This document shows, one piece after another, positions 24,435 through 33,307 of a stretch of DNA of 33,460 bases. Each line of letters begins with the position of its first letter. Within the stretch, counting starts at the first letter, position 1. A program made the translations under genes and the position numbers. Under the pieces are notes generated by a model that was not told where the DNA came from, made no database searches, and saw only the letters and a list, made by a program, of their open reading frames with translations. Origin of the DNA: Acidobacteriota bacterium (lineage in GTDB: Bacteria; Acidobacteriota; Polarisedimenticolia; CBDVAL01); NCBI GenBank assembly GCA_050115015.1, contig JASFRI010000001.1:1-33460 (forward strand). The letters run 5' to 3'.

Positions 24435-25613
24435 TCACAGGCTCCGGGCGGCGACCGCCAGCCGGCCCGGGCGGGCTTCCGGCGGCGGATCCAGCGCCGG
24501 CAGGTCCTGTCTCAGGAACCAGCGCCCCACCACCACCCGCCGCGCGAAGGCCCGGCTCGCGAGCAGGCGTCGGATCACCGGGGCGCGCCACGGGCCCGGG
24601 AGCAGGTCGGCGGGACCGCGGCGGACCCGGCCGGCGCGCGGTCCGAAGCGGGCGATCAGGGAATCCTCATAGCGCCGGGCCACGGAGGCCAGCTCCGCTC
24701 CGGGAACGGCCGCGATCGCCGCGGCTGCCAGCATCCCGGACTCCACCGCGGGGCGGATCCCCTCGCCGCTGGGCCGGAACGCCAGCCCTGCAGCATCCCC
24801 CACCAGCAGCAGCCCGTCGTCCGCCACCCGGCGCGGCGACTCGGGGTGCAGCAGGTAGGCGTGGCCGCGCAGGGCGCCCGCGACATCCGGCGGGAGCCGC
24901 CCCTCCCGGTGCAGCCCGTCCAGGAAACCCTCGAGGCGCCGGGGGAAGGCGGTGCCTCCCTGGAGGCCGAGGCCCACGTTCAGCCAGTCCCCCTTGCGGA
25001 CCACCCAGCCGTATCCCCTCAGGTCCCGCGTGAACCGGATCCACGGCAATTCGGGATCGACGCCGGCCCACGATCGCTGCGCCGGCGGCAAGGGGACCTC
25101 CATCTCGCTGGCGCGGATCGTCATCGGCTCGGCGCCCCCCGGGCGGGCGCCGATCCGCCGGGCCACCGGGCAGAAGTGGCCCCCGGCGCCGATGACCCAG
25201 GGCGCGCTCCAGCGGTCGTTCACCACCCAGCGCCTGCCGTCCCGGCGGATCTCCCGGAGGGGCTCGCCGGTGAAGAGCTCCGCCCCGGAACGGAGGAGCA
25301 GGAAGTGGTCGAGCTCGCGCCGCAGGATGCCGTAGCTGACCACCCGGCCGAAGTCCGCCGCCGTCTCGCCGCCGTCCTCCATCGCCACCGTGAAGCCGCG
25401 GATCGGCTGCAGGACCCGGCCCCGGGCGTAGGCGCCGAGGTCCAGCTCGAGGCCGTGGACGAGCGGCGGCGTGATCCACCCGGCGCAGACCTTGTCCCGG
25501 GGGAAACGCTGCCGGTCGATCACCACCACGTCGAGGCCTCGCCGCACCAGGGCCCAGGCGGCTGACGAGCCCGCCGGACCGCCCCCGACGACGACGACGT
25601 CAGCGCGGCGCAC
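24435..25613 (-). CDS. FAD-dependent oxidoreductase, geranylgeranyl-reductase-like family
   Basis: GTG start, the dinucleotide fold DVVVVGGGPAGSSAA, DKVCAG and LLVGDAAG. Confidence 0.85.
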   Translation of the reverse strand: MRRADVVVVGGGPAGSSAAWALVRRGLDVVVIDRQRFPRDKVCAGWITPPLVHGLELDLGAYARGRVLQPIRGFTVAMEDGGETAADFGRVVSYGILRRELDHFLLLRSGAELFTGEPLREIRRDGRRWVVNDRWSAPWVIGAGGHFCPVARRIGARPGGAEPMTIRASEMEVPLPPAQRSWAGVDPELPWIRFTRDLRGYGWVVRKGDWLNVGLGLQGGTAFPRRLEGFLDGLHREGRLPPDVAGALRGHAYLLHPESPRRVADDGLLLVGDAAGLAFRPSGEGIRPAVESGMLAAAAIAAVPGAELASVARRYEDSLIARFGPRAGRVRRGPADLLPGPWRAPVIRRLLASRAFARRVVVGRWFLRQDLPALDPPPEARPGRLAVAARSL

Positions 25614-26862
25614 CGGCGGCCCCCGTCGCGTAGATGTCGTCGCGCGTCCAGGGCAGGGAGTCCTCGCCGGCCGGGGCGAACAGCACCTGGAACAGCTGGC
25701 AGGAGCCCGTCCGGAAGGAGGCCACGGACGCCGCCAGGTAGAGGCGCCACATGCGCACGAAGGCCGCGTCGTGGGTCCGCTCGACCTCCTCGCGGACGGC
25801 CTCGAAGCGCTCGAGCCAGAGCTCCAGGGTCCTCGCGTAGTGCCGTCGCAGGTTCTCCACGTCGAGGACCTCCATGTCCTGCTCCTCGAGGGGCTCGAGC
25901 ATCTCCCGGAGCGAGGGGATGTAGGAGCCCGGGAAGATGTAGCGCTCGATCCAGGGGCTCATGGGATGCGGCCGGGCCCTGCCGATGGAGTGGATCAGGC
26001 CCCGGCCGCCGGGACGGAGACTGCGGCGGATCACCTGGCCCAGCTCCCGGTAGTGGGACCGGCCGACGTGCTCCATCATCCCCACCGAGACGAAGGCGTC
26101 GTACTCCCCGGTGACGCCCCGGTAGTCCTCGTCCAGGAACGTCACCTGGTCCTCCAGACCGGCCTCCCGGGCGCGCTGCCGGGCCCACTCGACCTGCGGC
26201 CGGGAGACGTTGTAGGCCTGCACGAGCACGCCGTGATGCCGGGCCATGTGCAGGGCCAGGGCGCCCCAGCCGCAGCCGGCCTCCACGACGCGCTCCCCCG
26301 GACGGAGCCGCAGCTTCCGGCAGACGTGCTCCAGCTTGGCTTCCTGGGCCCGCTCGAGGTCCGTCTCCGCATCGGGGAAGTAGGCACAGGTGTAGACCAT
26401 CCGCTCGTCGAGCCAGAGCCGGTAGAAGTCGTTGCCGAGATCGTAGTGATGCTGCGCGCGGGGCCGCGCGCGACGCACGGTGTTGCTCCCCGGGTGCCAG
26501 GAGCGCAGGGCCTGCAGCGCCTTGACCACCGCCGGGGGGGAGCCGCCGGCGCGGAACACCGCCTCGACGATGCGCGGCAGGTCGCCCTCCACCTCCAGGC
26601 TGCCGTCCACGTAGCCCTCCCCGAAGCCGAGGTCCGGGGACAGCAGGATGTCGCGGATCACCCTCGGCTCGCGGATGCGCAGCGTTCCCACCGGCTCTCC
26701 GTCGAACTCGCGGATCTCGGTGTCGTCCCAGAGGAGGAACCGGACGGGCGGAGAGCCCATCGCGCGGAGAAGGTGGCGCAGGAGCTGGGAGGGGCGGACC
26801 GGGGCGAGAAGGGACGGCTGACGAGAGCCGGTGGGGACCGGCTCGGGGACCTCGGGTCGCAT
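25600..26862 (-). CDS. Cyclopropane-fatty-acyl-phospholipid synthase family SAM-dependent methyltransferase
   Basis: 420 aa with HYDLGNDFYRLWLDERMVYTCAYF and SAM motif VVEAGCGWGALAL. A GGAGGTGA Shine-Dalgarno sequence precedes the ATG. Confidence 0.88.
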   Translation of the reverse strand: MRPEVPEPVPTGSRQPSLLAPVRPSQLLRHLLRAMGSPPVRFLLWDDTEIREFDGEPVGTLRIREPRVIRDILLSPDLGFGEGYVDGSLEVEGDLPRIVEAVFRAGGSPPAVVKALQALRSWHPGSNTVRRARPRAQHHYDLGNDFYRLWLDERMVYTCAYFPDAETDLERAQEAKLEHVCRKLRLRPGERVVEAGCGWGALALHMARHHGVLVQAYNVSRPQVEWARQRAREAGLEDQVTFLDEDYRGVTGEYDAFVSVGMMEHVGRSHYRELGQVIRRSLRPGGRGLIHSIGRARPHPMSPWIERYIFPGSYIPSLREMLEPLEEQDMEVLDVENLRRHYARTLELWLERFEAVREEVERTHDAAFVRMWRLYLAASVASFRTGSCQLFQVLFAPAGEDSLPWTRDDIYATGAAGAPR

Positions 26863-26932
26863 GGGTCACCTCCGGTCGTCGATGTGGCCGGATGGCCTCT
26901 TCGATCAGGTTAAAGAGGTGAGCGGTCCCAGA

Positions 26933-27595
26933 TCAAGTCCGGCCGGTGGAGGTCGGCTCGCGGACCGTGGCCACCAGCAGCGTCCACAGCCGCAGAGCGT
27001 TGACCCCGCGGGAGGCAACGAGCTCCAGGCCGGCGCTTCGCGTGACCGTCTCCCGGGGCAGGTCCAGCCGGAAGCCCAGGCGCCAGGTCAGCGGGCTCAG
27101 CAGCCGCTCGATCGCCGCGAACGGCGGGAAGCCGGAGCGGAAGTGGTTCAGGATCACCACACGGCCGCCGGGCCGGCAGACCCGGAGGATCTCCGCCAGG
27201 GTGCGGCCCGGCTCCGGCACCGTGCTCAGCACGTAGGACGCCAGGACGCGATCGAAGGCGTCGTCCGGGAAGTCGAGGGAGGTGGCATCCATCCGCAGCA
27301 GGCGGAGATCGTGCGCCGGGTACTCGGTGGGGCGCTTCTTCTCGGCCTCCTCGAGCATCTCGGGCGACAGGTCGATGCCGGTGATCCGGCATCCCGTGGG
27401 GTAGAGAGGGACCGACAGGCCCGTCCCGATCCCGATCTCCAGCACCTGGTCCCCCGCGGCCGGGGCGAGCGCCGCGACCGCCGCCCGGCGCCCCGGCTGG
27501 AGGAGCCGGTCGAAGAGCAGGTCGTAGATTCCCGCGTAGTGGCCGTACGCCCTCTCGGTGGTCTCCTCGGCTCTGGATGGTCGGGAGCTCTCCAC
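26933..27595 (-). CDS. Class I SAM-dependent methyltransferase resembling phospholipid N-methyltransferase PmtA
   Basis: YAGIYDLLFDRLLQPGRRAAV...VLEIGIGTGLSVPLYP...GIDLSPEML...MDATSLDFPDDAFD. The start is uncertain: GTG at 27595 preceded by GAGGAGG, or alternatively GTG at 27637. The upstream part of the 522-aa ORF overlaps the aminopeptidase gene. Confidence 0.7.
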   Translation of the reverse strand: MESSRPSRAEETTERAYGHYAGIYDLLFDRLLQPGRRAAVAALAPAAGDQVLEIGIGTGLSVPLYPTGCRITGIDLSPEMLEEAEKKRPTEYPAHDLRLLRMDATSLDFPDDAFDRVLASYVLSTVPEPGRTLAEILRVCRPGGRVVILNHFRSGFPPFAAIERLLSPLTWRLGFRLDLPRETVTRSAGLELVASRGVNALRLWTLLVATVREPTSTGRT

Positions 27596-27663
27596 GGCCT
27601 CCTCGTTCGGCGGGCCGGCGTGCGGCGGGCCAGACACACGATACACCTGGACGCCCGGCGGCG

Positions 27664-29850
27664 TCAGAGCTCGATGCGGTCGTGGAACTCGAAGTCGAGG
27701 CGCAGGACGACGTTGCTGCGCGGCATCTCCGTCTCCGGCGTCAGGCCGGCATCCCCGGCGACCGGCGTGTCGAACACCAGCAGGCTGTTGGGGTAAAAGT
27801 GGAGGAGGCGGGCGTTGGCCAGGGCGCCGTCGCCGTTGCCGCGGTAGACGGTGACCCCCTCCCCCACGGCATCGGGATGGTGGACCGTGAGGAAGACGGC
27901 CTGGCCGGGCCCGTCGAACGCCTGCCCGTCGACAGCGAAGCCGGATGGCGTCCAGGCCACCGGGGAGCGGGTACGCTCGAGGAAGCGGACCACAGCGGGG
28001 TTCCGGACCGCCTCCCCGAGGATCAGCACGCTGCGGGACCCGAGCGCCGCGGGGTCGAGCTCCGACGCCTTGCGCACGACCACGTCGTGGCCCGGCTCCG
28101 GCTCGTCCTCCTCGCCGAGGACCGCCCGGGTGAAGGCGTCCCGCACCACGCGATAACCCTCCGCCAGCTCCCCGTCGGGCACGACGATCAGGAGGTGGGA
28201 GGTGTGCCGGGTCAGGCTGGAGGTGGGCATGACCTCCTCGGCCTTCAGCCTCCTGAAGACGTGGTAATCGGGATCGAGCTCGACGGCGGTCAGCCCCTCC
28301 GGATCGCAGGGGACCTCGAGCTCGTCGGCCGGCTTCTCCAGCCGCACCACGACATCCTCGGTCCGGTCCCCGCGGTGGAGTCGCAGGGGCACGTCCAGCA
28401 GGAAGTCCGTGTTCCCCTGGGAGAGGCCGACGATCAGGCCGTCCGGCCCCGGCCGGGCGTCCAGCAGCTCCAGCGCCGGCGCCCCCGGGCGCCGCACCCA
28501 CTGCTCGAAGAACGCCTCGAGATCGACGCCGCTCTCCCGCTCGAAGGCCTCCCGGAGGTCATCCCAGGACGTGGGCCGGCCCATGCGCTCCGCGGTCAGG
28601 CGCCGGAGGCCGGCGAACAGCGCCTCCTGCCCGATGGTGCGCTCCAGCATGTGGAAGGTCGCCGCCCCCTTGTCGTAGCCGATCCCGCGCCCCGCGCCGT
28701 CGGGGGTGCCGAAGGTCCCCAGGGGCCGGTCCTGCCCCGGCTCGATGGTGCTGAGGAAGTTCGACTCGTTGCGCCGCTGCTTCCGGGACCCCTCCTCGTC
28801 GCCGTCCAGGACGTGGCCGTAGTAGTTCCCCAGATACGTGGAGAGGCCCTCGCACCAGTTCCCGTCCCGCGGGTCGACGAACAGACCGTTCCCCCACCAG
28901 TTGTGCAGCAGCTCGTGGTCGAGGTAGCCGTGCCGCCGGTACTGCTTGTACTCGCTGAGCTGGCTGCCGGCGATCTGGGTGCAGGTCGGAAAGGCGAACC
29001 CGGAGCTGAAGAAGGCCTCCAGCACCGTGAACTCCCGGAACGGATATGGCCCGATCAGCGGCTGGTAGCGGTCGAGGTACGCCGCCGCGGCGTCCAGGAT
29101 GTCCGCCGCCACGGACTCCTTGCCCGGGGCGAGCACCGCGTGCAGGCGGATCCCTCCGTGTTCCCGGCTCCAGCGCTCCAGCGGCCCCCCGAGGAGCACC
29201 AGCCCGTCGAGGGGGAACGGGCTCCGCCAGGCGAGAACGCCCTCCGGCGCCTCCTCCGCCTCGAGACCGGCCACCATCTCGAAGCCGTCGATGGGTGCCA
29301 CCCGGAGGCGGAAGTCGGACAGGGTCAGGAGCGGATCGATCCCCCCGGGAAGGTCCACCCGCGGGTACCAGTAGCCGTCCGGCTCCAGGTAGATCCCCTC
29401 CTCCGCGATGTGGGCCGAGACCGCGAAGTTATGGATCTCCCCCTCGACCTCCCCCGCGCCGATGTCCTGCCGTAGGGGCCCGTGGTACGCCAGCCGGACC
29501 CGGAGCGGCCCGGTGATCTCCCGCAGGCGCAGCCGGTGCCGCGTGGGGACGACCGTCCCGTCGTCCTCGATCCGTCCCCGGCGGGAGCGGCGCGAGCGCA
29601 GCTCGGCCCCATCCACCCGGACGGCCTCCAGGGCGAGGTCTGGATGCAGCCGGAGCTCCAGGACGCCCTTGCGACGAGGGATCTCGTCGAGGAGCTCGAG
29701 GTCGACGACGACCTCGGCCCGGAGCTCGTGCCGCGCGGGATCGAGATGGGCGTCGACCTCGTAGGCGACGGGTCGCACGTCCAGCGGGGAGGCACCCGCG
29801 GCAAGAACCGCGGCCGACAGGATCAAGAGGAGGAGCAGGGCGCGTCGCAT
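27664..29850 (-). CDS. Secreted M1-family zinc aminopeptidase
   Basis: Signal peptide MRRALLLLLILSAAVLAAGA, and the zinc site HELLHNWWGN followed by the distal glutamate in NWCEGLSTY. Confidence 0.88.
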   Translation of the reverse strand: MRRALLLLLILSAAVLAAGASPLDVRPVAYEVDAHLDPARHELRAEVVVDLELLDEIPRRKGVLELRLHPDLALEAVRVDGAELRSRRSRRGRIEDDGTVVPTRHRLRLREITGPLRVRLAYHGPLRQDIGAGEVEGEIHNFAVSAHIAEEGIYLEPDGYWYPRVDLPGGIDPLLTLSDFRLRVAPIDGFEMVAGLEAEEAPEGVLAWRSPFPLDGLVLLGGPLERWSREHGGIRLHAVLAPGKESVAADILDAAAAYLDRYQPLIGPYPFREFTVLEAFFSSGFAFPTCTQIAGSQLSEYKQYRRHGYLDHELLHNWWGNGLFVDPRDGNWCEGLSTYLGNYYGHVLDGDEEGSRKQRRNESNFLSTIEPGQDRPLGTFGTPDGAGRGIGYDKGAATFHMLERTIGQEALFAGLRRLTAERMGRPTSWDDLREAFERESGVDLEAFFEQWVRRPGAPALELLDARPGPDGLIVGLSQGNTDFLLDVPLRLHRGDRTEDVVVRLEKPADELEVPCDPEGLTAVELDPDYHVFRRLKAEEVMPTSSLTRHTSHLLIVVPDGELAEGYRVVRDAFTRAVLGEEDEPEPGHDVVVRKASELDPAALGSRSVLILGEAVRNPAVVRFLERTRSPVAWTPSGFAVDGQAFDGPGQAVFLTVHHPDAVGEGVTVYRGNGDGALANARLLHFYPNSLLVFDTPVAGDAGLTPETEMPRSNVVLRLDFEFHDRIEL

Positions 29851-29865
29851 GGGGACCCCGTACAG

Positions 29866-29895
29866 GACAAAGGGCGGTCGGCGAACCGACCGCCC
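29866..29895 (-). terminator. Intrinsic terminator after hup
   Basis: On the minus strand: AGGGCGGTCGG-UUCG-CCGACCGCCCU followed by UUGUCC. It lies 30 nt downstream of the hup stop codon. Confidence 0.75.
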
Positions 29896-29925
29896 TCCGT
29901 TGTTACCTCACCAGAAGCGGGGCAG

Positions 29926-30198
29926 CTACTTCACGCGCTTCTCAAGATCCTTGCCGGCCTTGAAGCGAACCACCTTCCGGGCCGCGATCTTGATGGGAGC
30001 GCCAGTCTGCGGATTGCGGCCCGTGCGGGCCTTCCGCTTGTTCACCGAGAAAGTCCCGAAGCCGACGAAGGTGACGCGCTCACCCTTCTTGAGAGACTTG
30101 GAGACGTTCTCGAGAAGGGAGTCGATCATCTTCGTCGCAGCGACCTTCGAGACTTTGGTGTCCTTGGCGATCTTCTCGATCAAGTCCGCCTTGTTCAT
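29926..30198 (-). CDS. hup: HU-family nucleoid-associated DNA-binding protein
   Basis: 90 aa, MNKADLIEKIA...FGTFSVNKRKARTGRNPQTGAPIKIAARKVVRFKAGK. Confidence 0.95.
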   Translation of the reverse strand: MNKADLIEKIAKDTKVSKVAATKMIDSLLENVSKSLKKGERVTFVGFGTFSVNKRKARTGRNPQTGAPIKIAARKVVRFKAGKDLEKRVK

Positions 30199-30266
30199 CC
30201 TCGAAGTCCTCCTGCCGTGTCGTCACACGACGAATGGCGACCGGAATGGTCGCATCTGACGAGCCC

Positions 30267-30296
30267 GTTTTACTACCCATTGCTTGATCATGTCAA
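30267..30296 (-). promoter_or_regulatory. Putative sigma70 promoter for hup
   Basis: On the minus strand: TTGACA (30296-30291), an 18-nt spacer, then TAAAAC (30272-30267). Confidence 0.4.
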
Positions 30297-30323
30297 GGCG
30301 CAAATGCCGATGCGGCGTGTTCT

Positions 30324-31217
30324 TCAGAGGAGTCGATCGGCAGTGACGAGGATCAGCACCAGGATCGACACGATCGCGTTGACGCGGAAGAAGGCGGTAT
30401 CGAGCCGGCGGAGATCCCCCGGACGGACCAGGGCGTGCTCGTAGATCAGCAGCGCGGCGATCACCAGCAGTCCGGCGATGAAGATCGGGCCGAGACCGGC
30501 GACGGGAACGAGCAGCGCGAGCAGGGCGACCATCAGCCCGTGGAGGGCCCGGGAGATCGCCAGCGCGCCGGCGGGACCCAGGCGCACGGGGATGGACCGA
30601 AGACCCGCGGAGCGGTCAAACTCCACGTCCTGCAAGGAATATGTGATGTCGAAGCCGGCGGTCCAGGCCAGCACGGCGCCGGTCAGGAACCAGGGCGCCC
30701 ATGCCGGGCGACCGCTCGCCGCGTCGAGGAACGAGCCGGTGACCGCGAGCCATCCCCCCATCGGGGCGATGCCGAGGGCGAGCCCGAGGACCAGGTGGGA
30801 CGTGGCGGTGAACCGCTTCGTGTACGAGTAGCCGAGGATGACGAGCAGGGCGATCGGGGACAGCCGGAAACAGAGCGGATTCAGCATCGCCGCTGCCAGC
30901 AGGAAGAGAGCGGCCGAGGCGGCGGTGAAGGTCCAGGCGAACCCGAGGCCCAGGCGCCCGGCCGGCAGTGCCCGTCCGGCGGTGCGCGGGTTCCGGGCAT
31001 CCAGGTGCCGGTCGGCGATGCGGTTGAACGCCATGGCGGCGGAGCGCGCCCCGACCATCGCCACGAGCACCCAGGCCACGGTCCCCGGAGGCGGCAGGCC
31101 GTCGGCGGCGAGGACCATCCCGGTCAGCGCGAAGGGCAGTGCGAAGACGGTGTGCTGGAACCGGATCATCTCCAGCGTCACCGCCAGCCGGCCCGCCAGC
31201 GAGCCGGGTGCGGCCAC
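30324..31217 (-). CDS. UbiA-family aromatic prenyltransferase (4-hydroxybenzoate polyprenyltransferase-like / MqnP-like)
   Basis: GTG start, a multi-TM protein with NRIADRHLDARNPRTAGRALP and a second Asp-rich motif, YSLQDVEFD. Adjacent to ubiX. Confidence 0.85.
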   Translation of the reverse strand: MAAPGSLAGRLAVTLEMIRFQHTVFALPFALTGMVLAADGLPPPGTVAWVLVAMVGARSAAMAFNRIADRHLDARNPRTAGRALPAGRLGLGFAWTFTAASAALFLLAAAMLNPLCFRLSPIALLVILGYSYTKRFTATSHLVLGLALGIAPMGGWLAVTGSFLDAASGRPAWAPWFLTGAVLAWTAGFDITYSLQDVEFDRSAGLRSIPVRLGPAGALAISRALHGLMVALLALLVPVAGLGPIFIAGLLVIAALLIYEHALVRPGDLRRLDTAFFRVNAIVSILVLILVTADRLL

Positions 31218-31834
31218 TACCGCAGCCCGTCCCAGCGCTTCAGCCGGCCGCCCTCCAGCCCCAGCAGGTCGAGCACCCGGGCGGCGAACTGGTCGATCAC
31301 CTCCTCCACCGAGGCGGGGCGGCTATAGAGCATCACGGTGATCGGCACGATGGTGGCGCCGGCCCGGGCGGCGCGGACCATGTTCTCCAGGTGGATCACG
31401 CTGTAGGGGGACTCCCGCACGCAGAGCAGGAGCGGGCGGCGCTGCTTCAGCGCGACGTCCGCGGCCCGGTGGACGAGGCTCGTGCCCGCCCCCTGGGCGA
31501 TGGCGCCGAGGCTCGCCATGCTGCACGGCAGGACGATCATCCCGTGGGAGCGGTGGGATCCGCTGGAGATCGGCGCCGCCATCTCGGTCTTGCCGTGGCG
31601 GACGATCTTGCCGCGACCCTCCGGGACGGCCAGCAGATGCTCCTCGAGCTCCTCCCGCGCGGCCTGCGGCCGGCCCAGCTCGGCGCGCAGGTTGTCCCAC
31701 GCGTGCTCCGAGATCACCAGCCGGATCGTCCCCACGTCCGGATGCGCCGCGAGGTCCCGGAGGACGGCGCCGGCGAAACGGGCCCCGCTGGCCCCGGTCA
31801 CGCCGAGGGTGAGGTCGAGAGGGGTCGTGCTCAT
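31217..31834 (-). CDS. ubiX: Flavin prenyltransferase UbiX
   Basis: GVTGASGA, VLPCSMASLGAIAQG and LLLCVRESP. I chose the ATG at 31834 because GGAGGTG lies 5 nt upstream. Confidence 0.88.
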   Translation of the reverse strand: MSTTPLDLTLGVTGASGARFAGAVLRDLAAHPDVGTIRLVISEHAWDNLRAELGRPQAAREELEEHLLAVPEGRGKIVRHGKTEMAAPISSGSHRSHGMIVLPCSMASLGAIAQGAGTSLVHRAADVALKQRRPLLLCVRESPYSVIHLENMVRAARAGATIVPITVMLYSRPASVEEVIDQFAARVLDLLGLEGGRLKRWDGLR

Positions 31835-31906
31835 GGCATCACCTCCGCCGCGCAAGGACCGCGCACCGCGGCCGACGGCGTCCGGGGCAGGCTATCGGAG
31901 TGGCAG

Positions 31907-32081
31907 CTTAGTGGTCCAGTTCATAAATACGGTGACCCACCGAGGGCGCCGATGCGCCGCGCTGGCAAGGCGCGCGACCGAGGCGTAGCCCCAGCGCTAC
32001 GCCTCAGGGAGCGCAACGAAGGCAGCGCGGATGCAGCTGCGGCCGAATGCCACCGTATCTGTGAATTGGGCCACTTAGTGG
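31907..32081. repeat. MITE-like or structured element: imperfect terminal inverted repeats flanked by an 8-bp direct repeat
   Basis: TGGTCCAGTTCATAAATACGGTG (31912-31934) matches the reverse complement of CACCGTATCTGTGAATTGGGCCA (32051-32073) at 19 of 23 positions. CTTAGTGG occurs at 31907-14 and at 32074-81. The interior is GC-rich with several hairpins, for example GAGGCGTAGC/GCTACGCCTC. Confidence 0.45.
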
Positions 32082-32422
32082 CCATCGATCCCGAGATGGC
32101 GCCGCAGGAGGGCGCGATCCCGGCGGGAGATCTCCTGGAACCACAGCGCCAGGCGGTAGGGGAGCCCCGTGGGCCTCTCCTCGATCCGGACGACCACCGC
32201 CGTGGCGGTGATCGGCGTCGAGCGCGGCGAGGCGCCGGGCAGGTCGAGCTGGACCTGCAGGCGGGTCATGGGCTCCAGCCGGTGCCTCGTGCTGCAGTAG
32301 GCACCGCCCACGGAGAGGTTCACGGCCTCCATCTCGATGACCTCGGCCTCTCCCCGGCACCGCAGGCGCAGATCCGACGGAAACCTCTCGTCCTGGCGCT
32401 TTTCGAGGCCCTGTTGCGGCAT
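32075..32422 (-). CDS. Single-domain PilZ protein (putative c-di-GMP receptor)
   Basis: 115 aa with the RxxxR motif (RQDER) and the D/NxSxxG motif (NLSVGG). Confidence 0.8.
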   Translation of the reverse strand: MPQQGLEKRQDERFPSDLRLRCRGEAEVIEMEAVNLSVGGAYCSTRHRLEPMTRLQVQLDLPGASPRSTPITATAVVVRIEERPTGLPYRLALWFQEISRRDRALLRRHLGIDGH

Positions 32423-32503
32423 GAGCCCTCCGATCCGGGCGGAGGATAGCCCGCGCTCCGGGAGGTGTCAACGACGCGAGTCCGGCACCCGCCGGGTTCG
32501 GCT

Positions 32504-33307
32504 ATGATGGCGCGCATGCGGGAGAGCGAGCTGAAGCGTCTGCTGCAGGATATCCGCGGCGGGGCGGTGTCGGTCCGGGAGGGGGTCCGCCGCCTGCGGT
32601 CCCTGCCGTTCGAGGACCTCGGCTTCGCCAAGGTGGATCACCATCGCCGGCTACGCCAGGGGTTCCCCGAGGTGATCTACGGCGAGGGGAAGACCGACGA
32701 GCAGGTGGTCGCCATCGCCGGGAGGCTGCACGCCGGGGGGGCGCCGGTACTGATCACCCGCACCCGGCGGTCGGTCCACGAGGCCCTTCGCGGGCAGTGG
32801 CCGGAGGCGCGCTTCCACGAGGCGGCCCGGGCGATCGTGATCCCCGAGCCGGGACGCCGGCGCCGGGCCGGGCGCGCCGGCGTGCTCGTGATCGGCGCGG
32901 GAACCTCCGACATCCCGGTGGCGGAGGAGGCGGCGCTGACCGCGGAGCTGATGGGGAACCGCGTGGAGCGGGTGCACGACGTCGGCGTGGCGGGGCTGCA
33001 CCGGCTGCTGGGCCACGTCCCGGCGATCCAGGAGGCGAACGTGCTCGTGGTGGTCGCCGGGATGGAGGGGGCGCTGCCGAGCGTGGTCGCCGGCCTGACT
33101 CCGGCGCCGGTGATCGCCGTGCCGACCAGCGTCGGGTACGGCGCCGGAATGGGCGGGCTTGCGGCCCTGGCGGGGATGCTGAACTCCTGCGCGGCGGGCC
33201 TGGTGGTCGTGAACATCGACAACGGGTTCGGGGCGGGGTACGCGGCGGGCATCATCAACCTGCAGTCTCGGGCTCGTCGCCACCGAGGTGGCTCGAGCGG
33301 GTCCTAG
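32504..33307 (+). CDS. larB: LarB, nickel-pincer cofactor biosynthesis protein (PurE-like P2CMN synthase)
   Basis: DLGFAKVDHHRRLRQGFPEVIYGEGKT, GAGTSDIPVAEEA, VVAGMEGALPSVVAG and NIDNGFGAGY. The start is placed at the first ATG (32504); the ORF-track start at 32465 is an alternative. Confidence 0.85.
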   Translation: MMARMRESELKRLLQDIRGGAVSVREGVRRLRSLPFEDLGFAKVDHHRRLRQGFPEVIYGEGKTDEQVVAIAGRLHAGGAPVLITRTRRSVHEALRGQWPEARFHEAARAIVIPEPGRRRRAGRAGVLVIGAGTSDIPVAEEAALTAELMGNRVERVHDVGVAGLHRLLGHVPAIQEANVLVVVAGMEGALPSVVAGLTPAPVIAVPTSVGYGAGMGGLAALAGMLNSCAAGLVVVNIDNGFGAGYAAGIINLQSRARRHRGGSSGS

